Shown here: positions 28,638-37,096 of the stretch, piece after piece
How positions within the stretch are numbered: position 1 is the first letter of the stretch
Layout: each line of letters opens with the position of its first letter
Origin: Flavobacteriaceae bacterium
GTDB lineage: Bacteria; Bacteroidota; Bacteroidia; Flavobacteriales; Flavobacteriaceae
Length of the DNA: 64,000 nt
Direction of reading: 5' to 3'
Assembly: GCA_024644725.1 (NCBI GenBank)
Contig: JAHEHE010000003.1
Span: 2,049 to 66,048 of the forward strand
The notes under the pieces: generated by a model
What the model was told of the DNA's origin: nothing
What the model saw: only the letters and a program-made list of their open reading frames with translations
Database searches by the model: none
Program-made: the position numbers and the translations under genes

Positions 28638-30401
28638 ATGTTGACACCCAAATCTATCCCTCTTCTGGGTCGCACGAACATGCGAATTGCACTTCTTCCT
28701 GTTCTTGTTTTATTTTTTGTCCTGCCCGCTCCGGCAAAAACAACCGCATACGATTCAAGCATAAATAGCACCTATAAAACGGATCCGAGTTCCTTTCGGG
28801 AAATCACGGGGCATGTCAGAGGTCAGGGAACCATGCTTTCTAACGTGCGCGTCGCTGTAAAAGATTCATCAAGGGAAACGCTTACAGACGATAAGGGTTT
28901 TTACTCGATAAAAGCAGCCCAGGGAGAGGTTCTGGTGTTCTCGCATTTGGGTCTGAAGAGCATGGAGATCGTCGTCGAGGATATCACGCGTGAGCTGGAT
29001 GTTTCACTTGTGAAAGACTCGAGGATGTTGGATGAAGTTAAATTGAATGCTTCCGCGAACAGCGTAGACGTACCGGATGAATTTGACACAAACTATGGGA
29101 AGGTGAACCGGAAAAAACTGGGTTACTCCTCGAATTACCTGGCGGGAGAAAATCTTAACCTGGCAGGGGTAGATCTGGTTGATGCACTTCGAGGAAAGAT
29201 ACCCGGTTACCAGGTCTATTCTTTGAACAGGGTACAAACGGCGCAACTGCGGCCAGGTGGCGGACCGCCTCTCTGGGAAATTGACGGGGTGCTCTTCCAA
29301 AACGAACCGCCTTACATCGATCTGAATACGATCGAAAGCATCAATGTTATAAAAAGTCCGGGGGGAGCCATGGCTCGTTACGGGGGGCTGGCGTCTGGAG
29401 GTGTGATCATCGTTCGAACTCTTGACAAAGCAAAGAGTCAAAGTATTCCTCAGAAAATTGATGTGTCCAGTGGGACCAATGTGAATCTCTACAAAAAAGA
29501 CGCTGTTTCTTTCGCAAATCAGTCCTATGTGAAGCCCAGTTATCACAAAACTCTTGAAGGAACAAGCAACAGTCTTGAAACACTGGAGAGCTTTGAGAAA
29601 TTTTTGCCCATATATAAGGACGATGCCACTTTTTACCTGGATTTCGCCCGGCGGCTCATGGAAAAGGAAAACAATGAAGAGGCTTCGCTCAAGGTATTGA
29701 ATGAGATGCAGGACAATTTGTTCTACGATCCGGTTGGCCTAAAATCGCTGGCCTATTTCTACCAGGAAAAAGACATGGACCTGGAGGCTTTGCGGGTCTA
29801 TCTCAGAGTTCTTTCCCTAAGACCGGAATACTCCCAATCCTACCGCGATCTGGCGAGCACCTATCGATCGATCGGCATGATTGAGAGCAGCTGGAACTAC
29901 TACATGTACTATCTGAATAAAGTAAAATCTCTTGGGGGCAGTGCCATTGGGGAGACCATCTACCATGAGATGGAAGAAATCCATTATCGCATGCCCAAGG
30001 GCTTTCGACCCAAAGAAGCTTTCGTTTCCAAGACTCCTCTGAAAGATGTGCCCAAAGACGTCCGCCTGATCTTTGAGTGGGACAACTCGGAAGCGGAATT
30101 CGAACTCGAATTTGTGAATCCGCAAGGACAGGCCTACTCCTTTATCCATACCTACGAATACAATGATGAGCAAATCAATGATGAGAAGACCCGGGGATAC
30201 TCATCCCGGGAATACATCATCGATGAGCTCAATCAAAACGGCTGGCTCGTTAATTTGATCTATTTCGGAAATAAATCCAACAAGCCCACTTATCTCAAAG
30301 TCACTGAAATCAGAAACTGGGCCCGCAAAGGCCAGAATGAGGACGTCAGTGTTCTTAAACTCGTCGAGAAGAACAAGAAATTTCAATTGGTTCGAATCTA
30401 G
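28638..30401 (+). CDS. Carboxypeptidase-regulatory-like + TonB plug + TPR + YfaP/DUF2135-like protein with no beta-barrel
   Basis: ITGHV..TDDKGFYSI, plug PLWEIDG...IESINVIK...YG..GGVIIVRT, TPR helices and DVRLIFEWD; the true start may be 28680. Confidence 0.7.
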   Translation: MLTPKSIPLLGRTNMRIALLPVLVLFFVLPAPAKTTAYDSSINSTYKTDPSSFREITGHVRGQGTMLSNVRVAVKDSSRETLTDDKGFYSIKAAQGEVLVFSHLGLKSMEIVVEDITRELDVSLVKDSRMLDEVKLNASANSVDVPDEFDTNYGKVNRKKLGYSSNYLAGENLNLAGVDLVDALRGKIPGYQVYSLNRVQTAQLRPGGGPPLWEIDGVLFQNEPPYIDLNTIESINVIKSPGGAMARYGGLASGGVIIVRTLDKAKSQSIPQKIDVSSGTNVNLYKKDAVSFANQSYVKPSYHKTLEGTSNSLETLESFEKFLPIYKDDATFYLDFARRLMEKENNEEASLKVLNEMQDNLFYDPVGLKSLAYFYQEKDMDLEALRVYLRVLSLRPEYSQSYRDLASTYRSIGMIESSWNYYMYYLNKVKSLGGSAIGETIYHEMEEIHYRMPKGFRPKEAFVSKTPLKDVPKDVRLIFEWDNSEAEFELEFVNPQGQAYSFIHTYEYNDEQINDEKTRGYSSREYIIDELNQNGWLVNLIYFGNKSNKPTYLKVTEIRNWARKGQNEDVSVLKLVEKNKKFQLVRI

Positions 30402-30457
30402 TCATGGCTTGTCGCTCAAACCTGTCATCGATCAGCTTTTGTACCTATTTTTTGTCG

Positions 30458-30465
30458 TAAGTTTG
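30458..30465 (+). promoter_or_regulatory. -7 element (TAAGTTTG) of the Ni transporter gene
   Basis: Exact TAnnTTTG 37 nt upstream of the ATG; an imperfect TGTC-N4-ATCA box lies at 30423-30434. Confidence 0.55.
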
Positions 30466-30502
30466 ATTCTGACCGCCCCGATGGCGGCCTAATCGTTTAC
30501 CC

Positions 30503-31216
30503 ATGGTTCTTGAGATCGCAGAGCAAATGACATTTCCTTTGGCTGCAGGCTGCATTGCCGCAGTTCTGCATGTCCTCATGGGCCCGGATCACCTGGCCGC
30601 CGTGGCTCCCTTCGCTATCGAATCAAAAAGAAGAGCCTGGAAAATTGGCCTTTTCTGGGGTTTGGGTCATGTCTTCGGAATGCTCCTGATCGGAAGTCTC
30701 TTTTTGGGATTCCGGGAGGTAATTCCTATCGAAAAGATTTCGAATTACAGCGAACAACTGGTCGGCCTGGTTCTCATAATGATCGGCATCTGGGCTTTCT
30801 ACAAGATTTACAAGGAGAACGGAGGTCACAGCCACCTTCACGTGCACGCGGATCAACCCATGATTCACAAGCACCCCCATTCTCATGCAGAAAGACCCAC
30901 ACATGATCACAGGCATTCAAAGACAAAAGGTCAGGGGTTTCTTACGGCGTTCTCCGTAGGTGTCTTGCACGGCCTTGCAGGGGTTGCCCATTTCATCTTG
31001 TTCCTGCCCGTAGCCTCATTTGGAGATTCTTCGGATGCTATTCTCTATATCCTTGGATTTGTTTTTGGCACCGTGCTGGCCATGACTCTTTTCGCCCTGT
31101 TGATGGGAACCGTTTCATCCTTCGCCCAGAACGGGCACAACAAAAACCTGTTTCTTGGAATTCGATTTATTGGCGGATTGCTGGCAATCCTGATCGGGAT
31201 CTACTGGATGCTTTAG
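30503..31216 (+). CDS. UreH/NiCoT-like nickel transporter
   Basis: HVLMGPDH (HX4DH-like), WGLGH, His-rich loop and GVLHGLAG; flanks the hydrogenase genes. Confidence 0.82.
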   Translation: MVLEIAEQMTFPLAAGCIAAVLHVLMGPDHLAAVAPFAIESKRRAWKIGLFWGLGHVFGMLLIGSLFLGFREVIPIEKISNYSEQLVGLVLIMIGIWAFYKIYKENGGHSHLHVHADQPMIHKHPHSHAERPTHDHRHSKTKGQGFLTAFSVGVLHGLAGVAHFILFLPVASFGDSSDAILYILGFVFGTVLAMTLFALLMGTVSSFAQNGHNKNLFLGIRFIGGLLAILIGIYWML

Positions 31217-31218
31217 TT

Positions 31219-32244
31219 TCAGCAAATCCGTGGGAGCTGCTCTCCAATTAGAGGGGTGACGATTCGCTTTCCTCCGATTTCACTGTGAAGCACAACCTTG
31301 CCCCGATGCGTCGAGGTCACTTCCCCCACTCGAGTTGCCAACTGGCCAGATGACTCGTGTCGCATCAACTCCAAAACCTCCTGCTCAATTTCGGGATCTA
31401 CAAATACCGCGAACAGTCCCTCATTCGCAACGTACAACGGATCGAGCCCCAGCATTTCGCAAGCCGCAGCCACCTGCTTTTCCAGCGGCAGCTGTTCCTC
31501 GAAGATTTCAATTCCCACTTTTGCATCGACGGCAATCTCGGAGAGCACACTGGCCAAACCACCTCGGGTAGGATCCCTTAAAAAGTGGATTTTGTCTCCA
31601 AATTCGTCGAGGAGCTTCAGGACGAGATCATTGAGATTTGTGCTGTCACTCACTATCGCCGATTCAAACTCGAGTCCCTCGCGCTCAGACATAATGGCCA
31701 TGCCGTGCTGTGCTATGGGTCCGTTTACCAGAATTTTGTCTCCTTCCCGAATGTTTTTCACAGCAATGTTGGCCCTTGGATGTACTTCTCCAAAGCCCGT
31801 TGTATTGATGAAGATCTTATCGCCTTTTCCTCGTTCTACAACCTTGGTGTCACCCGTTATGATCTGGACACCGCTTTTGTCTGCAGCTCGTTTGACCGAC
31901 TCCACAATTTCCACGAATTCTTTCATGTCGAGTCCTTCCTCCACGATAAAGGCCAGAGAAAGGTACTTCGGTACAGCTCCGCACATGGCCACATCGTTGA
32001 CCGTGCCATGAACCGCAAGCTCACCGATGTTGCCGCCTTTGAAAAATATGGGAGACACCACAAAACTGTCGGTGGACACTGCCATGGGCCCCTCGAACTG
32101 AACCACAGAACCATCGTGTTTCTTGTCCAAAAGCTCATTCCCGAGAATCCGGAAGATCACTTGGTCAAGCAGGTCGCGGGTCATGACCCCCCCACTGCCG
32201 TGTCCGAGGTTAATGGCTTCAAAACCTGAATCTGTTTTTTTCAT
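31219..32244 (-). CDS. hypE: Carbamoyl dehydratase HypE
   Basis: LGHGSGG, STDSFVV, GDTKVV, RDPTRGG and C-terminal PRIC. Confidence 0.96.
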   Translation of the reverse strand: MKKTDSGFEAINLGHGSGGVMTRDLLDQVIFRILGNELLDKKHDGSVVQFEGPMAVSTDSFVVSPIFFKGGNIGELAVHGTVNDVAMCGAVPKYLSLAFIVEEGLDMKEFVEIVESVKRAADKSGVQIITGDTKVVERGKGDKIFINTTGFGEVHPRANIAVKNIREGDKILVNGPIAQHGMAIMSEREGLEFESAIVSDSTNLNDLVLKLLDEFGDKIHFLRDPTRGGLASVLSEIAVDAKVGIEIFEEQLPLEKQVAAACEMLGLDPLYVANEGLFAVFVDPEIEQEVLELMRHESSGQLATRVGEVTSTHRGKVVLHSEIGGKRIVTPLIGEQLPRIC

Positions 32245-32300
32245 ATACAATTGTTCATGATTGATTTTTCAGTTGATCACTTTTCACAGTCTCTGGTAAA

Positions 32301-32342
32301 TCATAGCTCAGACCGACTGTATCACACCTCAGATCGACTGTA
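32301..32342 (-). repeat. 21-bp tandem duplication of the hypD 3' end
   Basis: TACAGTCGATCTGAGGTGTGA followed by TACAGTCGGTCTGAGCTATGA (18/21 identical). Confidence 0.85.
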
Positions 32343-33410
32343 ATTGTAATAAGCGCTGCAGGCTCCTTCCGAAGAGACCATTGGGGCCCCCAGCGGATTC
32401 ATGGGGGTGCAGCCTTTTCCGAATTGAGAGCAATCTTTGGGCTTTTTCAAACCCCTCAGTATTTGACCGGCTATGCAATCCGGACTTTCGGAAACCTTTA
32501 TGTGGTCGATTCCGAACTTGTTCTCGGCATCGAAATCCCTATACTTGTCCTTGATTTTGTATCCGCTGTTGGGAATCATCCCAATTCCGCGCCATTCCCG
32601 GTCTCCTACCTCAAAAACCTCCCGGATCACCTCGATGGCCTTGCGATTTCCTTCTTCCTTCACCACTCGGGTGTATTGATTCTCCACCTCGCATCTGCCC
32701 TCTTCGAGTTGTTTGACGGCCATCCAGATGCCCTGAACCAGGTCCAGGGGTTCAAACCCGGTGATCACAATAGGAATCTGATATTTCTTCACCAAAGGAT
32801 AGTATTCTCTATAGCCCATGATCGCACAAACGTGACCTGCACCCAGAAAGGCGTTGATGGTGTTGAATTCATCGTCAAGAATGGCCTCAATAGCAGGTGG
32901 CACAAGCACATGTGAGACGAGTAGCGAGTAATTATTCAACCCCTCTTTCTCGGCGTGCAACAAGGAAAGGGCATTGGCCGGTGCCGTCGTTTCGAAACCA
33001 ACGGCGAAGAAAACGACTTCTTTGTCGGGATTCTTTTTGGCCACATTCACGGCTTCCAACGGAGAATAGAGAACCCGAAGGTCACCTCCACGGGCCTTGG
33101 CTTCCAATAAACTCATTTCGGTTCCGGGTACGCGAATCATGTCGCCGAAGGAGCAAACGATCGCTCCCTGGCTCAAAAGCTCAACAGCTTTGTCGATAAG
33201 GCTGACAGGAGTCACACAAACCGGGCAACCGGGCCCATGAATCATTCGGATGTTTTCGGGCAACATGTCCAGGATCCCGTTTTTTACCAGACCATGGGTC
33301 TGTCCCCCACATACTTCCATGATGTTCCAGGTTCCGCGGCACGTATTTTCAATTTCACGCAGCACCCTTTCGGTGGCTTCCCTGTTTCGATATTCCTTGA
33401 GATACTTCAT
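32322..33410 (-). CDS. hypD: Hydrogenase maturation protein HypD
   Basis: MEVCGGQTH, GPGCPVC, GFETT, PGHV-like GAGHVC and MVSSEGACSAYY. Confidence 0.96.
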   Translation of the reverse strand: MKYLKEYRNREATERVLREIENTCRGTWNIMEVCGGQTHGLVKNGILDMLPENIRMIHGPGCPVCVTPVSLIDKAVELLSQGAIVCSFGDMIRVPGTEMSLLEAKARGGDLRVLYSPLEAVNVAKKNPDKEVVFFAVGFETTAPANALSLLHAEKEGLNNYSLLVSHVLVPPAIEAILDDEFNTINAFLGAGHVCAIMGYREYYPLVKKYQIPIVITGFEPLDLVQGIWMAVKQLEEGRCEVENQYTRVVKEEGNRKAIEVIREVFEVGDREWRGIGMIPNSGYKIKDKYRDFDAENKFGIDHIKVSESPDCIAGQILRGLKKPKDCSQFGKGCTPMNPLGAPMVSSEGACSAYYNYSRSEV

Positions 33411-33417
33411 AATTTTA

Positions 33418-35682
33418 TTATCGCACCTGGTTCAGATGGTACATAATCTGGCCATGTGCTATATTCTCATCATTAGGAGCTAAGTTAACATTAAAATACG
33501 TGTCAAACTCATCGCTCATCAATTCCCTGATCATGTCAACCAGAATTGAATTTTGGAAGACGCCTCCGCTCATTGCTACTTTCCTTACCCCTGCTCGACG
33601 TGCCATGTCTTTTACAACCCAGGCCAGGCTGAAGAGAAAATTGACGGCGAGCACCTCGGTAGATTCCCCCCGAGTCTTCTCCTCATGGATTCGGCTAATG
33701 AGATTTTTTGGAGAAAAAATCCCCTTGCTCCCAACCTCAATGAAGGATTTGCAATTTTCCAATTCATAGCTCGCCGCATGATTCTCGAGCAAAATGGCGG
33801 CCTCACCTTCATAGCTGTTCCGGTCGCATAGACCAAGAAGCGATGCTGTGGCGTCAAACAATCGGCCCACCGAAGAGGTTTTCAGGCCGTTTGATTTCAG
33901 CAGCGACAGATAAATGCGCAGCTCCTGTTTGTCGAATTTTGACGCAATCTCAGGAAGCATAGAAGAATCGATCAAAGACAGAAGTGATAATCGTGGCTCC
34001 AGGGCCATTTTATCTCCCGCAATCCAGTCAAAGTAATCCAGGTGGTTCCAGCGTTCCATGATCCGGTCGCGGTACATGAAAAACTCTCCTCCCCATATCT
34101 GCTCATCCTCTCCATAGCCTGTGCCATCCCATATGACACCGAGAACCGGATCCCCGGCCCCAAAAAGTTCGTGTTCCCCCAGGACCGACGCAAAATGCGC
34201 CTTATGATGCTGAATCTCATAACAAGAGGCCCCAAACTCGAGGGAGAGTTCCTTGCCACTTTGGGTGCTCATGTAACCGGGATGTGAATCGACGAGTATG
34301 CATTCGGGCTCCCTTTCAAAGACCCGGATAAACCTCCTGGAGGTCTGTTGAAAACGTTCGTAAACATCATAATTGTCGAGGTTGCCCAGATATTGACTTT
34401 GATAGAGATAGGTGTTCGGCAGGAAGGCCAGGGTGCTTTTCAACTGACTGCCCATTGCCATCACGGATTTTCCTTCTGGGGCCTGAAAATCGAAAAAATT
34501 CGGCGCGTATCCCCTGGACCTTCTGAACATGATCTGCTCCTGGCTTCTCGGGCTGATCTTGATGACCGAATCATCCTGGGGGTTTTCAATCTGAAGGTTG
34601 TGATGAACAAAGAAGTCTGCGACGCCTTTCAAGGTCGACATAACTTCCTTCTCCTCACTCAGGATGGGTGAGCCATGTAGGTTTCCGCTGGTCGCCACTA
34701 TGGGTCGGGAAAGTTCACGGGCCAGGAGCTCAAGCAGTCCGGAATACGGGAGCATGACTCCCAGTTGCTTCAGGCCTGGAGCTATCGACTCAAGGGCCAG
34801 TTTTCCCGAATAGCCCTCATGAGAAAGGATCAAAATCGGACGGGGTACCGAGAGTAACATATTTCTTTGCGTCTCATTGACCCTCAGCTCCGTCTCCAAC
34901 ATTTCCAGGGTCGGATACATGAGCGCAAAGGGCTTTGCGGGGCGGCGTTTTCGCTCCCGCAAGCGCATAACGGCTTTCGGGTTATCCGCATCACAACAGA
35001 GGAGATAACCTCCCGTATTCTTGATGGCCACAATCTTACCGCAGGAGATCAGGTCCGCTATTTTACTGAAAAGCTCCGAATCAGAAACTTCCATTTGACT
35101 TCCGATAGCATCGAAAAGCCCCATTGATATTCCGCAAGCGGAACAGGAATTCGTCTGGGAGTGAAACCTCCGATTGGAAGGATTTTCGTATTCCTCAGCG
35201 CATTCCGGGCACATCTTGAATTCATCGAGTGAGGTGTGCTCTCTTTCAAAGGGAAAATCCCGGGTCACTGCCCATCTTGGCCCGCAATTTACACAGGTCG
35301 TAAAAGGGTAATCGTGCCTCCGGTTTTTAGGATCGGCAATTTCTTTTTTACAGGTATCGCAAATTCCAAAATCAGGGGTGAGCTGCAGGTTGAGCGGGCC
35401 TGCTTTTTGAGAAGTTCGTATTCTAAAATCCGAACAATCCTCAGGGTCGGACGGCTCCAAAAAATGTGAGCGGATTCGCGCCAGCGGCGGCGGATTATCG
35501 ATCAGTTCACGGTAAAATTCATTTATTGCATCACTTTTCCCCTCCAGGTGAATGATCACTCCCCTTTCATCGTTGGAGACATACCCCATTATGCCAAAGC
35601 GACAAGCGAGATTGTAAACAAATGGACGAAAGCCGACACCCTGAACCTGGCCGGCAATTCGTATCTTTTGGGAAACGAGCAT
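33418..35682 (-). CDS. hypF: Carbamoyltransferase HypF
   Basis: Acylphosphatase GQVQGVGFRPF, two CxxC-x18-CxxC zinc fingers, QHHKAH and DGTGYG. Confidence 0.96.
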   Translation of the reverse strand: MLVSQKIRIAGQVQGVGFRPFVYNLACRFGIMGYVSNDERGVIIHLEGKSDAINEFYRELIDNPPPLARIRSHFLEPSDPEDCSDFRIRTSQKAGPLNLQLTPDFGICDTCKKEIADPKNRRHDYPFTTCVNCGPRWAVTRDFPFEREHTSLDEFKMCPECAEEYENPSNRRFHSQTNSCSACGISMGLFDAIGSQMEVSDSELFSKIADLISCGKIVAIKNTGGYLLCCDADNPKAVMRLRERKRRPAKPFALMYPTLEMLETELRVNETQRNMLLSVPRPILILSHEGYSGKLALESIAPGLKQLGVMLPYSGLLELLARELSRPIVATSGNLHGSPILSEEKEVMSTLKGVADFFVHHNLQIENPQDDSVIKISPRSQEQIMFRRSRGYAPNFFDFQAPEGKSVMAMGSQLKSTLAFLPNTYLYQSQYLGNLDNYDVYERFQQTSRRFIRVFEREPECILVDSHPGYMSTQSGKELSLEFGASCYEIQHHKAHFASVLGEHELFGAGDPVLGVIWDGTGYGEDEQIWGGEFFMYRDRIMERWNHLDYFDWIAGDKMALEPRLSLLSLIDSSMLPEIASKFDKQELRIYLSLLKSNGLKTSSVGRLFDATASLLGLCDRNSYEGEAAILLENHAASYELENCKSFIEVGSKGIFSPKNLISRIHEEKTRGESTEVLAVNFLFSLAWVVKDMARRAGVRKVAMSGGVFQNSILVDMIRELMSDEFDTYFNVNLAPNDENIAHGQIMYHLNQVR

Positions 35683-35712
35683 AGGTCTTTGCTGAATGGT
35701 CCGGAAACGAAG

Positions 35713-36246
35713 TTAATTATTTTCGGCGTGCATCTCAGCAGCGAGGTTGAAAACCCTTTCAATCACCTCGGGAATGGCAGATCGAACAGGTTGTGAAAGT
35801 TCCAGGCTCATCGGTGAAATATGATCGATGGAGATGGTGAAAAGGCTCATTTCCGGAGGATGCTCCATCAAGTATACGGCTTCGATCATATCCTTTAAGC
35901 CGACGTCATGAACGCTTAAAGCGGATGGGAAATCCGAGGCAAACCTGGGTCGAATCAGTCGCACATGCCCGGTATCTCTTCCGTCCATTGTGGCATCGAT
36001 GAAAATTATTTTTTCATAGGATTCAAAACAACTCAAAAGCAAGAAGCCTCCGGTTCCACCGTCCAAAATATCGAGGTAGTCCGGGAGCTCCATTTTCGAC
36101 ATTTCCTGGATGACCTGCACGCCAATTCCCTCATCTCCCATGAGATAGTTTCCAAGACCCAGCACGAGTATGCTCTGACTCTTGTCTTTCTCAAAGAAAA
36201 AGGCGTCACTGCTGACGGCTAAAGGATTATTCATAAGTTCACTCAT
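35713..36246 (-). CDS. hyaD: Hydrogenase maturation endopeptidase (HyaD/HupD type)
   Basis: VLGLGNYLMGDEGIG, DGGTGG and SVHDVG. Confidence 0.92.
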   Translation of the reverse strand: MSELMNNPLAVSSDAFFFEKDKSQSILVLGLGNYLMGDEGIGVQVIQEMSKMELPDYLDILDGGTGGFLLLSCFESYEKIIFIDATMDGRDTGHVRLIRPRFASDFPSALSVHDVGLKDMIEAVYLMEHPPEMSLFTISIDHISPMSLELSQPVRSAIPEVIERVFNLAAEMHAENN

Positions 36247-36258
36247 TCTTTACAATTT

Positions 36259-36336
36259 AAAAAAAGGACCGCCCTTAGGAGCCTGGAAATGCTTTTCAAC
36301 AGTTCATTAAAACAGTTCATAGCATCGGGCGGTCCT
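36259..36336 (-). terminator. Terminator-like long stem-loop between hyaC and hyaD
   Basis: AGGACCGCCC/GGGCGGTCCT 10-bp stem with a 52-nt structured interior, followed by a U-tract on the transcribed strand. Confidence 0.6.
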
Positions 36337-36342
36337 CAAATA

Positions 36343-37059
36343 CTAAATGGTGTCTCCTTTATCTAAGCGCTCTTTGCGCACAAACTTGTATCCACTGATC
36401 ATGGAGGAGGATTCCCCCCGTCCTTCCAACCAGTCATGGTAAAACACGAGGTACACATGAACCAGGGTGAAAATGATAAACAACCAGGTCGCTATGTGAT
36501 GCACATAGCGTGTTGTCATTTCATCCCCAAGAACATAGGGTACCCAGGAGAAAAGTTTGGGTAGCCACCAACCTGAAGTCGGAGCGTAGAGTCCAAATCC
36601 TGTGAAGATCTGAACAAGAGCCAACAGAAAGAGTACCACGTAAGAAAGAGAAGCCACGTAATTGTGCCCCACACTGTGGTTCTTCAGTACTTCTTTTTCC
36701 TCGTTCTGCAGGAGAATGTCAACTTTGAGTACGTGTTTGATATTGTCCCATTCCTTTTTTGAAAGGGGGATAAAAGCCCTCCAATTCGAGTAATAGTTTC
36801 CCATGAAGGCCCAATAAATTCGGGCTACGGCATTGATCAGGAAAATATACCCTGTAGTGAAGTGTATCATTCGAACGGTTCCAAACCAGTACGAATCCAC
36901 TGCCTCGGCACTGGACATGATCCCAGGAGGATCGGCAATGATAAACCCCGTAACAGCGAGAACTGTAATGCTGAGCACATTTACCCAATGAAATATCCTT
37001 ACGGGCAATTCCCAGACCAGCACCCTCTTAAATTCATATGTCTTATGTACGGTATCCAC
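36343..37059 (-). CDS. hyaC: Ni/Fe-hydrogenase b-type cytochrome subunit
   Basis: WELPVRIFHW, RMIHF, GHN, RYVHH and TLVHVY heme ligands; ends SSMISGYK. Confidence 0.95.
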   Translation of the reverse strand: MDTVHKTYEFKRVLVWELPVRIFHWVNVLSITVLAVTGFIIADPPGIMSSAEAVDSYWFGTVRMIHFTTGYIFLINAVARIYWAFMGNYYSNWRAFIPLSKKEWDNIKHVLKVDILLQNEEKEVLKNHSVGHNYVASLSYVVLFLLALVQIFTGFGLYAPTSGWWLPKLFSWVPYVLGDEMTTRYVHHIATWLFIIFTLVHVYLVFYHDWLEGRGESSSMISGYKFVRKERLDKGDTI

Positions 37060-37096
37060 AATTTCTCAGATTTTGATTAGACTTGAAATCTTCTGG

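Noticed and set aside
31298-32229. 237-aa and 214-aa plus-strand ORFs
   Set aside because: Antisense shadows of hypE.
32322-32324. Selenocysteine or programmed read-through at the hypD TGA
   Set aside because: The position is not a conserved Cys, no SECIS-like hairpin is evident, and no sel genes are in the window.
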